Positions 8,686-17,012 of a stretch of 64,000 nucleotides of DNA are shown here, one piece after another. The notes under the pieces were generated by a model. That model was not told the origin of the DNA, ran no database searches, and worked only from the letters and a program-made list of their open reading frames with translations. The stretch's first letter is position 1. The number at the start of each line of letters is the position of its first letter. A program made the translations under genes and the position numbers. Source of the DNA: Thermoplasmata archaeon. Its GTDB lineage: Archaea > Thermoplasmatota > Thermoplasmata > Lutacidiplasmatales > UBA184. Where the stretch lies: positions 1,191 through 65,190 of the forward strand of contig JBOGRO010000017.1 of NCBI GenBank assembly GCA_050749465.1. Reading direction: 5' to 3'.

Positions 8686-9069
8686 ATGCACCGGGGGCTC
8701 GAGGTCGGCATCCACCTCCGACCCGGGCTCGAGGACGACAACTTCATCGCCGGTGCGCTCGCTAACCTTGCGGCGTTTCGACTCCAGCGTGAGCGGAACG
8801 AACCGCTCGTCTGGCAGGTCCTGCGGGTCGACGGGAGTCCGGGGCAGCACCACTATCGGCTCGTGATCCGCCATCCGGACCGGATCCTCGACGTCGGGAT
8901 CAAGAGCGATCTCGCGAGGGCCCTCGACCGCCTTTCCGAGGAGACCCCGGAGGGCCTCGCGCACTCCCTCGAGCAGGCGCGGCACGACGGGCTGACCCCG
9001 GTGCCACTCCGTACCGTCCACGAGGACGTCGACTTCTGGCGGGACGACTTCTGGAACTGGCTCGGCTGA
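8686..9069 (+). CDS. Hypothetical protein (127 aa)
   Basis: Third-position GC is very high through the whole frame and the composition is balanced, with Trp/Phe/His. An AAATAAGA box lies 18-25 nt upstream. I recognise no family. Confidence 0.6.
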   Translation: MHRGLEVGIHLRPGLEDDNFIAGALANLAAFRLQRERNEPLVWQVLRVDGSPGQHHYRLVIRHPDRILDVGIKSDLARALDRLSEETPEGLAHSLEQARHDGLTPVPLRTVHEDVDFWRDDFWNWLG

Positions 9070-9837
9070 CCCGGTGAGCGGGCGGCGGGCGGCCCGACGC
9101 GTCGAGGATCGTCGCCGCGACCTCGAAGAGGCGGTCGCCCACCGGGTGGAAGTGAGGGTCCCATCCGCCCTCGGTGAGCCGGTCGCTCACCACGAAGGCG
9201 GTCGCCGCCGCGACGTGCCGAACCTTCGCGAAGACGAAGAGCGAGGCCGCCTCCCTATCGACGGTCAGCACTCCGCGTCCTCGGTCGTGGAGGAGCTCGG
9301 GTCGGGTCTCCCGGTACGGCGCGTCCGTGGTCCCGGTGGGGCCGACTCGAGCGGGCATTCCCGCTTCGCGGAGGACATCCCCCAGCCACGGACGGAGCCG
9401 GGGTGTCGCGATCGCCGGGGCGCCGGGGGCGGCGTAGTGATGCGACGTCCCCTCGTCGCGGACCGCGCGGTCCGCGAGCGCGATGTCCCCCGGGCCGAGG
9501 TGCGGAGAGAGCGACCCGGCATAGCCCACCCCGATCCATTCGGTGGTTCCGACGGCGACGAGCTCCTCACAACGAGCGATCGTGGTGGGTCCGCCGATCC
9601 CCCGGGGGTGAGTCACACCGACCGAGCCGCGCCGCCCGGGGAGCCGATACGTCTCCCCCAACCCCTCGACCCGTCGAGCGCGAAAGCGGCGTACGAGCCG
9701 GACGGGTTCCAGACGACCCGGCAGCGAGCGGGAGCCTCCACGGGGGGGTGGTAGGTCGAGACGAAGTCGTGCGGAGTGACCCAGGACGGATGCCGCCACT
9801 TCTCCGCGAATCGAGGGAACGTCGAACGTCGCGGCAT
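8900..9837 (-). pseudogene. Nucleoside phosphorylase (PNP_UDP_1 family), frameshifted near the N-terminus and lacking a nearby stop codon
   Basis: The body lies in ORF 8900..9799 (RGIGGPTTIARCEELVAVGTTEWIGVGYAGSL...RDEGTSHHY...VDREAASLF). The N-terminal 55 codons lie in ORF 9613..9837 (MPRRSTF...RVVWNPSGSYAAFALDG), which has high GC3 and a TATA-like box 29-35 nt upstream. The frames join at a C5/G5 run at 9655-9659. Confidence 0.7.
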
Positions 9838-9902
9838 CGCGGGGCGGCCTACCCCCCTTCGCCCTAAGAGTTTCCGCTCAGGACCCGGGCTCGCCGGTTC
9901 GT

Positions 9903-11234
9903 CTACCAGCGGCGCGCGCGGGGAGGTCGACCGGAGTCGCGCCGCGGCGGGTACGAGTGACGGCGGCCACCAGAGCGTCCCCGGTCGAACGACCGACCCA
10001 CGGGCCGAGCCGGCTCCGACGGTGCGATCGACACCCCGGCCGGGAGCTCCGGGGTCGGGTCTCGTCGGATCTCGAACCCGAGCAGCCGTTCGATCCGCGC
10101 GAAGTCCGGGGCCTCTTCCCGGGAGACGAGCGTCAGGGCGTCGCCCCGGCGCTTGGCCCGGGCGGTTCGGCCGACCCGATGGACGTACGTCTCGGCTTCG
10201 TGCGGCACGTCGTAGTTGACCACGTCGCTGACGCCCTCGACGTCGAGGCCCCTCGCCGCAATGTCGGTCGCGACGAGGACCCGGAAGCGCCCCTGGCGGA
10301 ACCCTTCGAGGGCGCGAACGCGCTGCGCCTGACTGCGATTGCCGTGGATAACCGCGACCCCGACCCCGGAGCGCTCCAGCTGGTGCGCGACGCGGTCGGC
10401 GCGGTGCTTCGTGCGCGCGAAGACGAGAACGCTCGACATCGCGGCGTCCTGGAGGAGCGCGACGAGCACGTCGGTCTTGCGCTCGGGCGAGACCAAGATC
10501 GCGTGGTGCGTGACGCCGACCGCCGCGACGGTGGGTGCGTCCGCTCGGATGATGTGGGGGTCGTGGAGGAACTCATGGGAGAGCCGGACGACCTCGGGGG
10601 GCATCGTCGCCGAGAAGAGCATCGTCTGACGGTTCCGGGGCACCCGGGAGAGGATCCGGCGCACGTCGGGGAGGAAGCCCATGTCGAGCATGCGGTCGCC
10701 TTCGTCGAGGACGAGGATCTCGACCGAGCGGAGGTCGACGTAGCCGCGCTGCAGGTGGTCGAGGAGGCGGCCCGGGGTCGCGACGATGATCTCGGCGCCG
10801 CCCCGCAGGGCGCGTTCCTGGTCCGCCATCCCCACTCCCCCGTAGACCGCCGCACCGCGGAGGCGCGTGTGACGGCCGAGGCGGGCGAGGAACCCCTCGG
10901 CCTGGAGCGCGAGCTCCCGAGTCGGGGTGATCACGAGGGCGTAGATCCGGCCCCGAGGCCGGGTGAGGAGCCGCTCCAGGATCGGGAGCAGGAACGCGGC
11001 GGTCTTGCCGGTACCCGTCTGCGCCGTTCCGATCAGGTCCCGTCCCTCGACCGCGTGGGGGATCGTCCCCTGCTGGATCGGGGTCGGCTCGGAGTATCCC
11101 ATCTCCTGAACCCCCCGGCGGAGGGTCGCGTCGAGAGGGAGGTCGTCAAAGGTCGTCGTTGGCCGTGGCCGCGCTGTCGTCATCTGTGGGGGGTCGCTCA
11201 TGTCGATATCGGGCGCCCCAATCGGCCGTGGCAA
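9903..11234 (-). CDS. DEAD-box ATP-dependent RNA helicase (motif II reads DEGD)
   Basis: Motifs present: Q motif PTPIQ, motif I AQTGTGKT, Ia PTRELA, II VLDEGD, III SAT, VI HRVGRTARA. The C-terminal tail is Arg-rich. An alternative start lies at ATG 11201. Confidence 0.9.
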   Translation of the reverse strand: MPRPIGAPDIDMSDPPQMTTARPRPTTTFDDLPLDATLRRGVQEMGYSEPTPIQQGTIPHAVEGRDLIGTAQTGTGKTAAFLLPILERLLTRPRGRIYALVITPTRELALQAEGFLARLGRHTRLRGAAVYGGVGMADQERALRGGAEIIVATPGRLLDHLQRGYVDLRSVEILVLDEGDRMLDMGFLPDVRRILSRVPRNRQTMLFSATMPPEVVRLSHEFLHDPHIIRADAPTVAAVGVTHHAILVSPERKTDVLVALLQDAAMSSVLVFARTKHRADRVAHQLERSGVGVAVIHGNRSQAQRVRALEGFRQGRFRVLVATDIAARGLDVEGVSDVVNYDVPHEAETYVHRVGRTARAKRRGDALTLVSREEAPDFARIERLLGFEIRRDPTPELPAGVSIAPSEPARPVGRSFDRGRSGGRRHSYPPRRDSGRPPRARRW

Positions 11235-11448
11235 ACGGGGGGTTCCGGTCTCTTCGGCCCACCGGGGGTCGCCTTATGAGCTCTGTGCTACCGTGCGGGG
11301 CCGTCGCTCGGGGCGACCGCCGGAAGGCACCGCGCGGCGTGCCCGCGGTCCGAGAATCCGCGGCGCGGCGCCGCACCCACCGCCGGGGTCCCGGGTGCGG
11401 CCTTAATCTCGCCGCACGGTTCCCGGGGGCGAGGAGCGGGGTAGGTCG

Positions 11449-11961
11449 GTGTCCGGCGCCGTGCGCAGCTACGCCGACGCGTTGGACTCCCTGCTCCTCG
11501 GCCTGACCCACGGCCTGCGGGGGGTGCTCCGGCAGAACAATCTCACCGCGGTACAGTTCCTCGTGCTCCAGTGGGCCTCGACCGAAGCGCCGGCGAGCAT
11601 GACCGCGCTCGCGCTCTACCTCGGCGTGCGGCCCCAGTCCGTGACGCCCGTGGTGAACTCTCGGGTCGCCCGGGGGTGGATCGCGCGACGTCGGAGCGAG
11701 AGCGACCGGCGGCAGAACCTCCTCGACCTCGCTCCCGAGGCCCGGCGGCTGATGACCGTCTTCCGCGAGGCCCGGCGGCGCCGTATCCGCTCGGCGCTGG
11801 CCCTCGTCCCCTCGGAGAAGCTGAACCACGCCACGGAGGTCGTCCGCATCACCGCCGGGGCGCTGGTCGGGTTCCTCGAGGTCCCGCGACCTCGAGCGCA
11901 CGCCCCGCGCGACGGCCCCCGCGCCTCGCCGCGCCTTCGGACCCGGACGTCTCGCCGCTGA
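11449..11961 (+). CDS. MarR-family transcriptional regulator
   Basis: A winged-HTH core is present: LTAVQFLVLQWAS...MTALALYLGVRPQSVTPVVNSRVARGWIARRRSESDRRQNLLDL. The start is GTG with a GAGGAG sequence upstream. It lies directly upstream of an MFS pump. Confidence 0.82.
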   Translation: MSGAVRSYADALDSLLLGLTHGLRGVLRQNNLTAVQFLVLQWASTEAPASMTALALYLGVRPQSVTPVVNSRVARGWIARRRSESDRRQNLLDLAPEARRLMTVFREARRRRIRSALALVPSEKLNHATEVVRITAGALVGFLEVPRPRAHAPRDGPRASPRLRTRTSRR

Positions 11962-12213
11962 CCCGGCACGGCTCGGGGTTTCCGTCCCGCGAGCCCGGGG
12001 GCCGCGCCGGCCGGGCCGGTGGACGGAAAGCCTTCTGATTACTACGTTATGCCTGACCAATATCCATGTCGAGCCCCTCCCCGCGCGATAGCGCGCGTCG
12101 CCGATCGATCCGAGAGGCTCGATAGCCGGGCTCCCGCCCGTCCCCATCCGAGCGAAGGGCTCCGTGCGCGCATTTCGACCCCGCTTTCGGACCGGTCGCT
12201 CCCGGGGGCGGCC

Positions 12214-12762
12214 GTGACCGCGACCCCCGCGCCGCGCTCGGTGGTGGGGCCTCCGCCGTCGCCCTCGGCGACCGTCGCACCGCGTTCGCGCTGGTTCGCG
12301 ACCCTCGTCACCGCCGGCATCCTGCTCGCGCTCTTGATGGGAGCGCTCGACAACTTCGTCGCGCTGACGGCGCTCCCGACGATCCTCGAGCAGTTCCACG
12401 AGACGAACAGCGGCACGTTCGTCATCAGCGCCTACGTCATCGCATCGACCGCCAGCATCCCGATCTTTGCCCAGCTCTCGGACCTTTTCCGCCGCCGCAA
12501 CGTCTTCCTGGCCGGCCTTGCGATCTTCATCGGGGGATCGATCCTCTCCGGGCTCAGTCAGGACCTGACCGAGCTCATCGTCTTTCGCGCCGTCCAGGGA
12601 TTTGGGAGCGGGGGCTTCTTCCCCGTCGGGATCGCGATCGTCGCGGTCGTCTTCCCCCCGGAGACCCGCGCCCGAGTGATCGGAGGGCTTTCGGGGGTCT
12701 TCGGGATCGCCGTCGTCGCGGGGCCCCTCCTCGGAGCCGCGATCCTGAGCGTCACGACGTGA
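12214..12762 (+). CDS. MFS (DHA2/EmrB-QacA type) efflux transporter, N-terminal fragment ending at an in-frame TGA
   Basis: TMS1-6 are present with family motifs (LDNFVALTALPTI, FRAVQGFGSGG). The start is uncertain. The track ORF begins at 12019, but GC3 is low before the GTG at 12214. Confidence 0.75.
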   Translation: MTATPAPRSVVGPPPSPSATVAPRSRWFATLVTAGILLALLMGALDNFVALTALPTILEQFHETNSGTFVISAYVIASTASIPIFAQLSDLFRRRNVFLAGLAIFIGGSILSGLSQDLTELIVFRAVQGFGSGGFFPVGIAIVAVVFPPETRARVIGGLSGVFGIAVVAGPLLGAAILSVTT

Positions 12763-13797
12763 CGGTGGGTCTTCTACGTCAACCTCCCGGTCGGTCTGGC
12801 TGGCTTCACTCTGATCGCCCTGGTCCTGGGACCGCTGCGACCGGAAAAGGCGCGGCGCTTCGATGCCGTGGGCACCGCGCTCCGGGTCGCCGGGGTCGCG
12901 ACCCGGATGTTCCCGCTCTACGAGATCGCCGACAGCGGCTCGTCCTGGACCGACCCTCGAGTGCTCGCGCTCCTGGGCACCGCGTTCGCGCTCGTCATCG
13001 CCTTCGTGCTCGGGGAGCTCCGGGCGAAGAATCCGCTCGTCCCCGTGCGGCTCTTCGCGCACCGCGTGATCGCCTCCGGGGGCGGGGCGACGTTCTTCAT
13101 CGGGATGGTCTTCTTCCCCGTCGCGACCTTCCTGTCGCTCGTCGTCGGCCTCGTCCTCGCGCCCGGTTCGAGCAACAGCGCGGATACGGTCCGCGACATC
13201 CTCTACTTCCTCGTGATCCCGCTGGTCGTGGGGGCGGCGCTCGGCGGCCCGCTGCGGACGATGTTCTCCTACCGGGCCGTCGCCGTCGTCGGGCTCGTCA
13301 TCGGGATCGTCGGCATGGCCGGGCTGACCCAGCTCTCGGTGACCACCCCGTTGTGGAGGTTCGTGAGCGGTTTCATTCCGGTCGGCGGGGTCATCCTCCC
13401 CCGGTTCCCGCTCGGCTTCGGGCTCGGGCGGACGTTCCCGGTCTTCCTCCTCGCGGCTCAGAACCAGGTGCGCACCGAGGACGTCGGCGAGGCGGGGGGG
13501 CGGATCCAGTTCCTCCAGTCGCTCGGCGGCGCGGTGGGGCTCTCCGTCCTCGCGTCGATCCCGGCGACCCGCCTCGCGGCGCGGGACCCCTCCCCGTCCG
13601 CCGCGTGCGCCTCCCCGTACCCTCCGTTCCCGGTCTGCGCGAACTACCTCGCCTCCTTCGAGGGGTCCACGATCACCGCCTACGACCAGACGTTCGTGGT
13701 GAGGGTGGGGCTCCTCGTCGTCGCGCTCGCGTGCGTCCTCTTCCTCCGGGGACGCCTACCGAAGTCACCCGCCGGCGGCGCGCCACCCGAACGGTAG
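12763..13797 (+). CDS. MFS (DHA2) transporter, C-terminal fragment in the same frame as the N-terminal fragment
   Basis: The sequence continues immediately after the TGA as RWVFYVNLPVGLAGF..., the conserved W-R-W-x-F-x-x-N-x-P-x-G region, followed by about 8 more TMS. The first in-frame start codon is only at 12868. Confidence 0.75.
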   Translation, partial: RWVFYVNLPVGLAGFTLIALVLGPLRPEKARRFDAVGTALRVAGVATRMFPLYEIADSGSSWTDPRVLALLGTAFALVIAFVLGELRAKNPLVPVRLFAHRVIASGGGATFFIGMVFFPVATFLSLVVGLVLAPGSSNSADTVRDILYFLVIPLVVGAALGGPLRTMFSYRAVAVVGLVIGIVGMAGLTQLSVTTPLWRFVSGFIPVGGVILPRFPLGFGLGRTFPVFLLAAQNQVRTEDVGEAGGRIQFLQSLGGAVGLSVLASIPATRLAARDPSPSAACASPYPPFPVCANYLASFEGSTITAYDQTFVVRVGLLVVALACVLFLRGRLPKSPAGGAPPER

Positions 13798-13832
13798 AGC
13801 GGTTTCTCCGATAGCGCGAATTTCCCCGGCGG

Positions 13833-16800
13833 ATGGTAGGGCCGGAGGTCACAGTCCTCCGCACCGGTGAGTTCAAGGGGACCCGCCTCGCCCGATCGGA
13901 GGTCTCCACCGACCGCTTTGCCGCCACCGGGTGCCCGCCGGCGCGGGGGTCCGTGCCGAGGTGCTTCGCGCGGAAGGAGACGCTGCCGGCGACGCGGGCG
14001 CTCGCCGACATTACCGACCGGAGAGGCACGCTCTGGGACCGGTTCTCGGTCCGGATCACTCCGACGGTCGTGGCGTTCCGCGACGGGGAGGACGTCGCCC
14101 GGATCGAGCCGAATCACGCCTCGGTGAACGCTCCGCGACGGGCTCCGCGACGACCGAATCCGACATCAAGGTCCCGGGTTTGGGCGGGAGCGACCATGCT
14201 GGTCGCAGCCTTTCTGGGCACGGAGGACGGCCCGCGTCGGCGGGCGCCCCGCATGGCCCCACCCCGAGCCGGGCCTCGGCGCGCCCAGAAACCCCCCTTG
14301 CCGGCGATGGGGTGGGTCCTCATCGTCGGCGTCGCCTGCCTGATGGCGATCCCCTCGATCACAATCGGCGCGTCCGCCCCTCGAGCGCCCGCTCCCCGAT
14401 CCGAGGCCGGAGGAACGGCGAACGTTCCCTCGTTGCCTTCCGCCGCCCCTTCCGCGGTCCCGTCGCTCGGACCGCTCGCGTACTCGCTGAGTCACGCGAT
14501 GAGCTGGGTAGCGCTGCCGCCGGCCGCCCCGGTCACCGTGCAGGGCGCCGGGTTTGCGGCGCTTTCCTCGAACTCGGAGGGAGTCCTCTTCGGGGGGAGC
14601 AACGTGTCCGGCCTCCAGGATGGGTCCTACCTCTACAGCGAGACCTCCAACCAGTGGACGGACCTCGCCCCGGCTACGTCGCCCTCCGCGCGCACCGGCT
14701 TCGCGTTCGCGACCGACGCCGCGAGCAGCACCGCGGTGCTGTTCGGGGGAGAGGTCAACTCCGGGTCGGGCACTACGACGAACGACACGTGGCTCTTCTC
14801 GTTCTCCGCGGGATCCTGGACGAACGTCTCTCGCGCGGTCGCCCCCGATGCGCGACAGGACCCCGCCTTCGCGGTCGGGGACGGGATCGCACTCCTCTAC
14901 GGCGGCTCTTCCACGGCGTCGGGCGGGACCGGTACGACGACGTACTCGGACACCTGGTCGCTCGACCTCGCGACCAACGTCTGGACGCGGATTCTTCCGA
15001 CCGGTGGGGTCCTCCCGGGCCCGCTCCACGGCGCTTCCCTCGTCTGGCAGCCGAGCCGGAACGCGTTCCTGCTGTTCGGAGGCTGTTACCCGTGCTCGAA
15101 CGCGCTGTGGGCCTTCACCCCTTCCAACGACACCTGGACGGCGGTGAGCGGGTACGGGGAGGTTCCGACCGTCCGGATGGAAGCGGTCTGGGTCTGGGAC
15201 CCGGCCCAGGCGGTCGACCTCCTCTTCGGCGGCACGAACGGGACCGGCGCCCTCAATGACACGTACCTCTACTCGCCCGGAGAGGGACTCTGGACCCGCG
15301 CCCTCGGTTCGCCGACCCCGTCTCCTCGTTACGGCGCGGCCGCCGACTTCTTCGACGTCGCCGGCAACGACACGCTGCTCCTCGCCGGTGGCGGCAACGG
15401 AACCACGATCGATGCCGACTCCTGGCGGCTCGCCGCGACCGCGAATCTGACGGTCGAGGTCACGAACGCCTCCACCGGTTACGCGGTGTCGGGCGCGAGC
15501 GTCGCGGTGGGCCCCTCGCTCGTCCTCGCCACGAACAGCTCGGGAGGCGCGAGCGTCTCCGCCCTGACGGCTCAGGAGACGTCGGTCACCGTCTCGCAGC
15601 CCGGTTATCTGTCGCAGTCCCAAACGCTCTGGCTCGCACCCGGGTTGACCACGACGCTCGACTTCCCGTTGGATTGGGTGTTCCCGGCCCAGGTCCGGCT
15701 CTACGTTCGGACCGCGCTCGGCGCGCCGGTCGCCGGGGCGTTCGTCAATCTGACGGACGGTCGCCACCTCCTGCCGGGCTCCCCGCACGTCACGAACGGC
15801 ACCGGGTTCACGGAGTTCCTCGGCGTCCCGGCCGCGAACGGTTCGGTGACCGCCATGGCGACCGGCTTCCACGAGAACACTACGGCCGCGGACTTCGCCT
15901 CCAGTCAGGTGACGTGGGCGAACATCACGCTCATCCCGCTGCTTTCGCTCACCGTTCGGACCCTCGGGAAGCTTCCGAACGGCACGACCGCCACCCTACA
16001 GAACGTGCAGATCGACGTCGGGGGTCTACCGGTCGGTCGTAGTGGGCCGGGAGGATGGTTCAACACGACGGTCGACGCGACCGGGGTCGTCTCGATCTCG
16101 GCCGGCGCGTACGGCTACAAGAACCTCTCGCAGACGTTCCTCGCGCCGCTCTCGGGCGTGAAGCAGCTCAACCTCACCCTGACGGCCTACCCGTTCCCGT
16201 CGGTGACCGTCGAAGTGATCGGCCGTTCGTCCGGTTCGATCCAGGTCCTCCTCCGGAACGCGTCCGTGAACGTCACGAGCGACCAGGTCCTGCCGACCGG
16301 CCGCTACTTCGGGAACTTCTCCACGGGGATCCACGGCACCGTCGACTTCTCCCCGCCGCCCGGGAACTTCACGATCGACGCCTCCTCACCGGGGTACCTC
16401 GAGAACAACTCGGGTCCCGTGCTCAACGCGACCTCGGGGGCCCAGCTCGTCCGGACGATCTACCTGACCCCGATCGAGCTCGCGACCCTCGACGTCCGCG
16501 TCGTGAGCGCCGTCGGCGGAAATCCCCCGATCGTCGGCGCGGCGATCGCGCTCAACATCTCGGGGCTGAACCTCACGAACGGGCTGCCGTTCCCGATCGT
16601 GCACGGAGCGACCGGGACGAACGGGTGGGCGAACTTCTCGAACGTCCCCGGCACGTCGATCGTGATCATCGCCTCCGCGGCCGGTTACTCCACGAACAGC
16701 ACCGGTCTCGCGCTCTCCCCGAACCAGCGGACCGCGGTCGCGGTCGTCTACCTCCACCCGCTGCCGCTGCCGACGTACGAGGGGCTGCGGATCCTCCCGA

Positions 16801-16985
16801 CGGCGTCGGCCGACCTCTGGGTCCTCGCGCTCCTCCCGCTCGCCGCCCTCGCGGGGGTCCTCGTCTACCTCACGATGCTGCGCGCGCCGTCCTACCGGGA
16901 CGAACGCGGGGACGAGTCGCCGCCAGCGGGAGCGTCGAAATCGGCCCCAACGAAGCCCGAGGTCCCCCAGGCCGGGTCGCCGTAG
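13833..16985 (+). CDS. Large membrane-anchored surface protein: thioredoxin-like N-module, TM helix, Kelch-type beta-propeller, several CarboxypepD_reg/PEGA-like Ig domains, C-terminal TM anchor
   Basis: Repeated Kelch blades are visible (..VLFGG....NDTW.. / ..LLYGG...YSDTW.. / ..LLFGG..NDTY..). There are about 30 N-x-S/T sequons. A hydrophobic helix WVLIVGVACLMAIPSITIGA sits after a basic stretch, and the C-terminal helix is LWVLALLPLAALAGVLVYL. Alternative starts at ATG 14196, 14253 or 14307 would remove the Trx-like module. Confidence 0.75.
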   Translation: MVGPEVTVLRTGEFKGTRLARSEVSTDRFAATGCPPARGSVPRCFARKETLPATRALADITDRRGTLWDRFSVRITPTVVAFRDGEDVARIEPNHASVNAPRRAPRRPNPTSRSRVWAGATMLVAAFLGTEDGPRRRAPRMAPPRAGPRRAQKPPLPAMGWVLIVGVACLMAIPSITIGASAPRAPAPRSEAGGTANVPSLPSAAPSAVPSLGPLAYSLSHAMSWVALPPAAPVTVQGAGFAALSSNSEGVLFGGSNVSGLQDGSYLYSETSNQWTDLAPATSPSARTGFAFATDAASSTAVLFGGEVNSGSGTTTNDTWLFSFSAGSWTNVSRAVAPDARQDPAFAVGDGIALLYGGSSTASGGTGTTTYSDTWSLDLATNVWTRILPTGGVLPGPLHGASLVWQPSRNAFLLFGGCYPCSNALWAFTPSNDTWTAVSGYGEVPTVRMEAVWVWDPAQAVDLLFGGTNGTGALNDTYLYSPGEGLWTRALGSPTPSPRYGAAADFFDVAGNDTLLLAGGGNGTTIDADSWRLAATANLTVEVTNASTGYAVSGASVAVGPSLVLATNSSGGASVSALTAQETSVTVSQPGYLSQSQTLWLAPGLTTTLDFPLDWVFPAQVRLYVRTALGAPVAGAFVNLTDGRHLLPGSPHVTNGTGFTEFLGVPAANGSVTAMATGFHENTTAADFASSQVTWANITLIPLLSLTVRTLGKLPNGTTATLQNVQIDVGGLPVGRSGPGGWFNTTVDATGVVSISAGAYGYKNLSQTFLAPLSGVKQLNLTLTAYPFPSVTVEVIGRSSGSIQVLLRNASVNVTSDQVLPTGRYFGNFSTGIHGTVDFSPPPGNFTIDASSPGYLENNSGPVLNATSGAQLVRTIYLTPIELATLDVRVVSAVGGNPPIVGAAIALNISGLNLTNGLPFPIVHGATGTNGWANFSNVPGTSIVIIASAAGYSTNSTGLALSPNQRTAVAVVYLHPLPLPTYEGLRILPTASADLWVLALLPLAALAGVLVYLTMLRAPSYRDERGDESPPAGASKSAPTKPEVPQAGSP

Positions 16986-17012
16986 GGCTCGTCGCGGGGT
17001 CGCGGCGGCGGT

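Noticed and set aside
12760-12762. The in-frame TGA in the MFS gene as selenocysteine or as a TGA-to-Trp genetic-code change.
   Set aside because: TGA clearly terminates other genes in this window: coxE at 7157-7159, the 8686..9069 gene, PAC2 at 61324-61326, and many r-protein genes. I saw no SECIS-like hairpin. A single G-to-A nonsense change, or a base-call error, is simpler.
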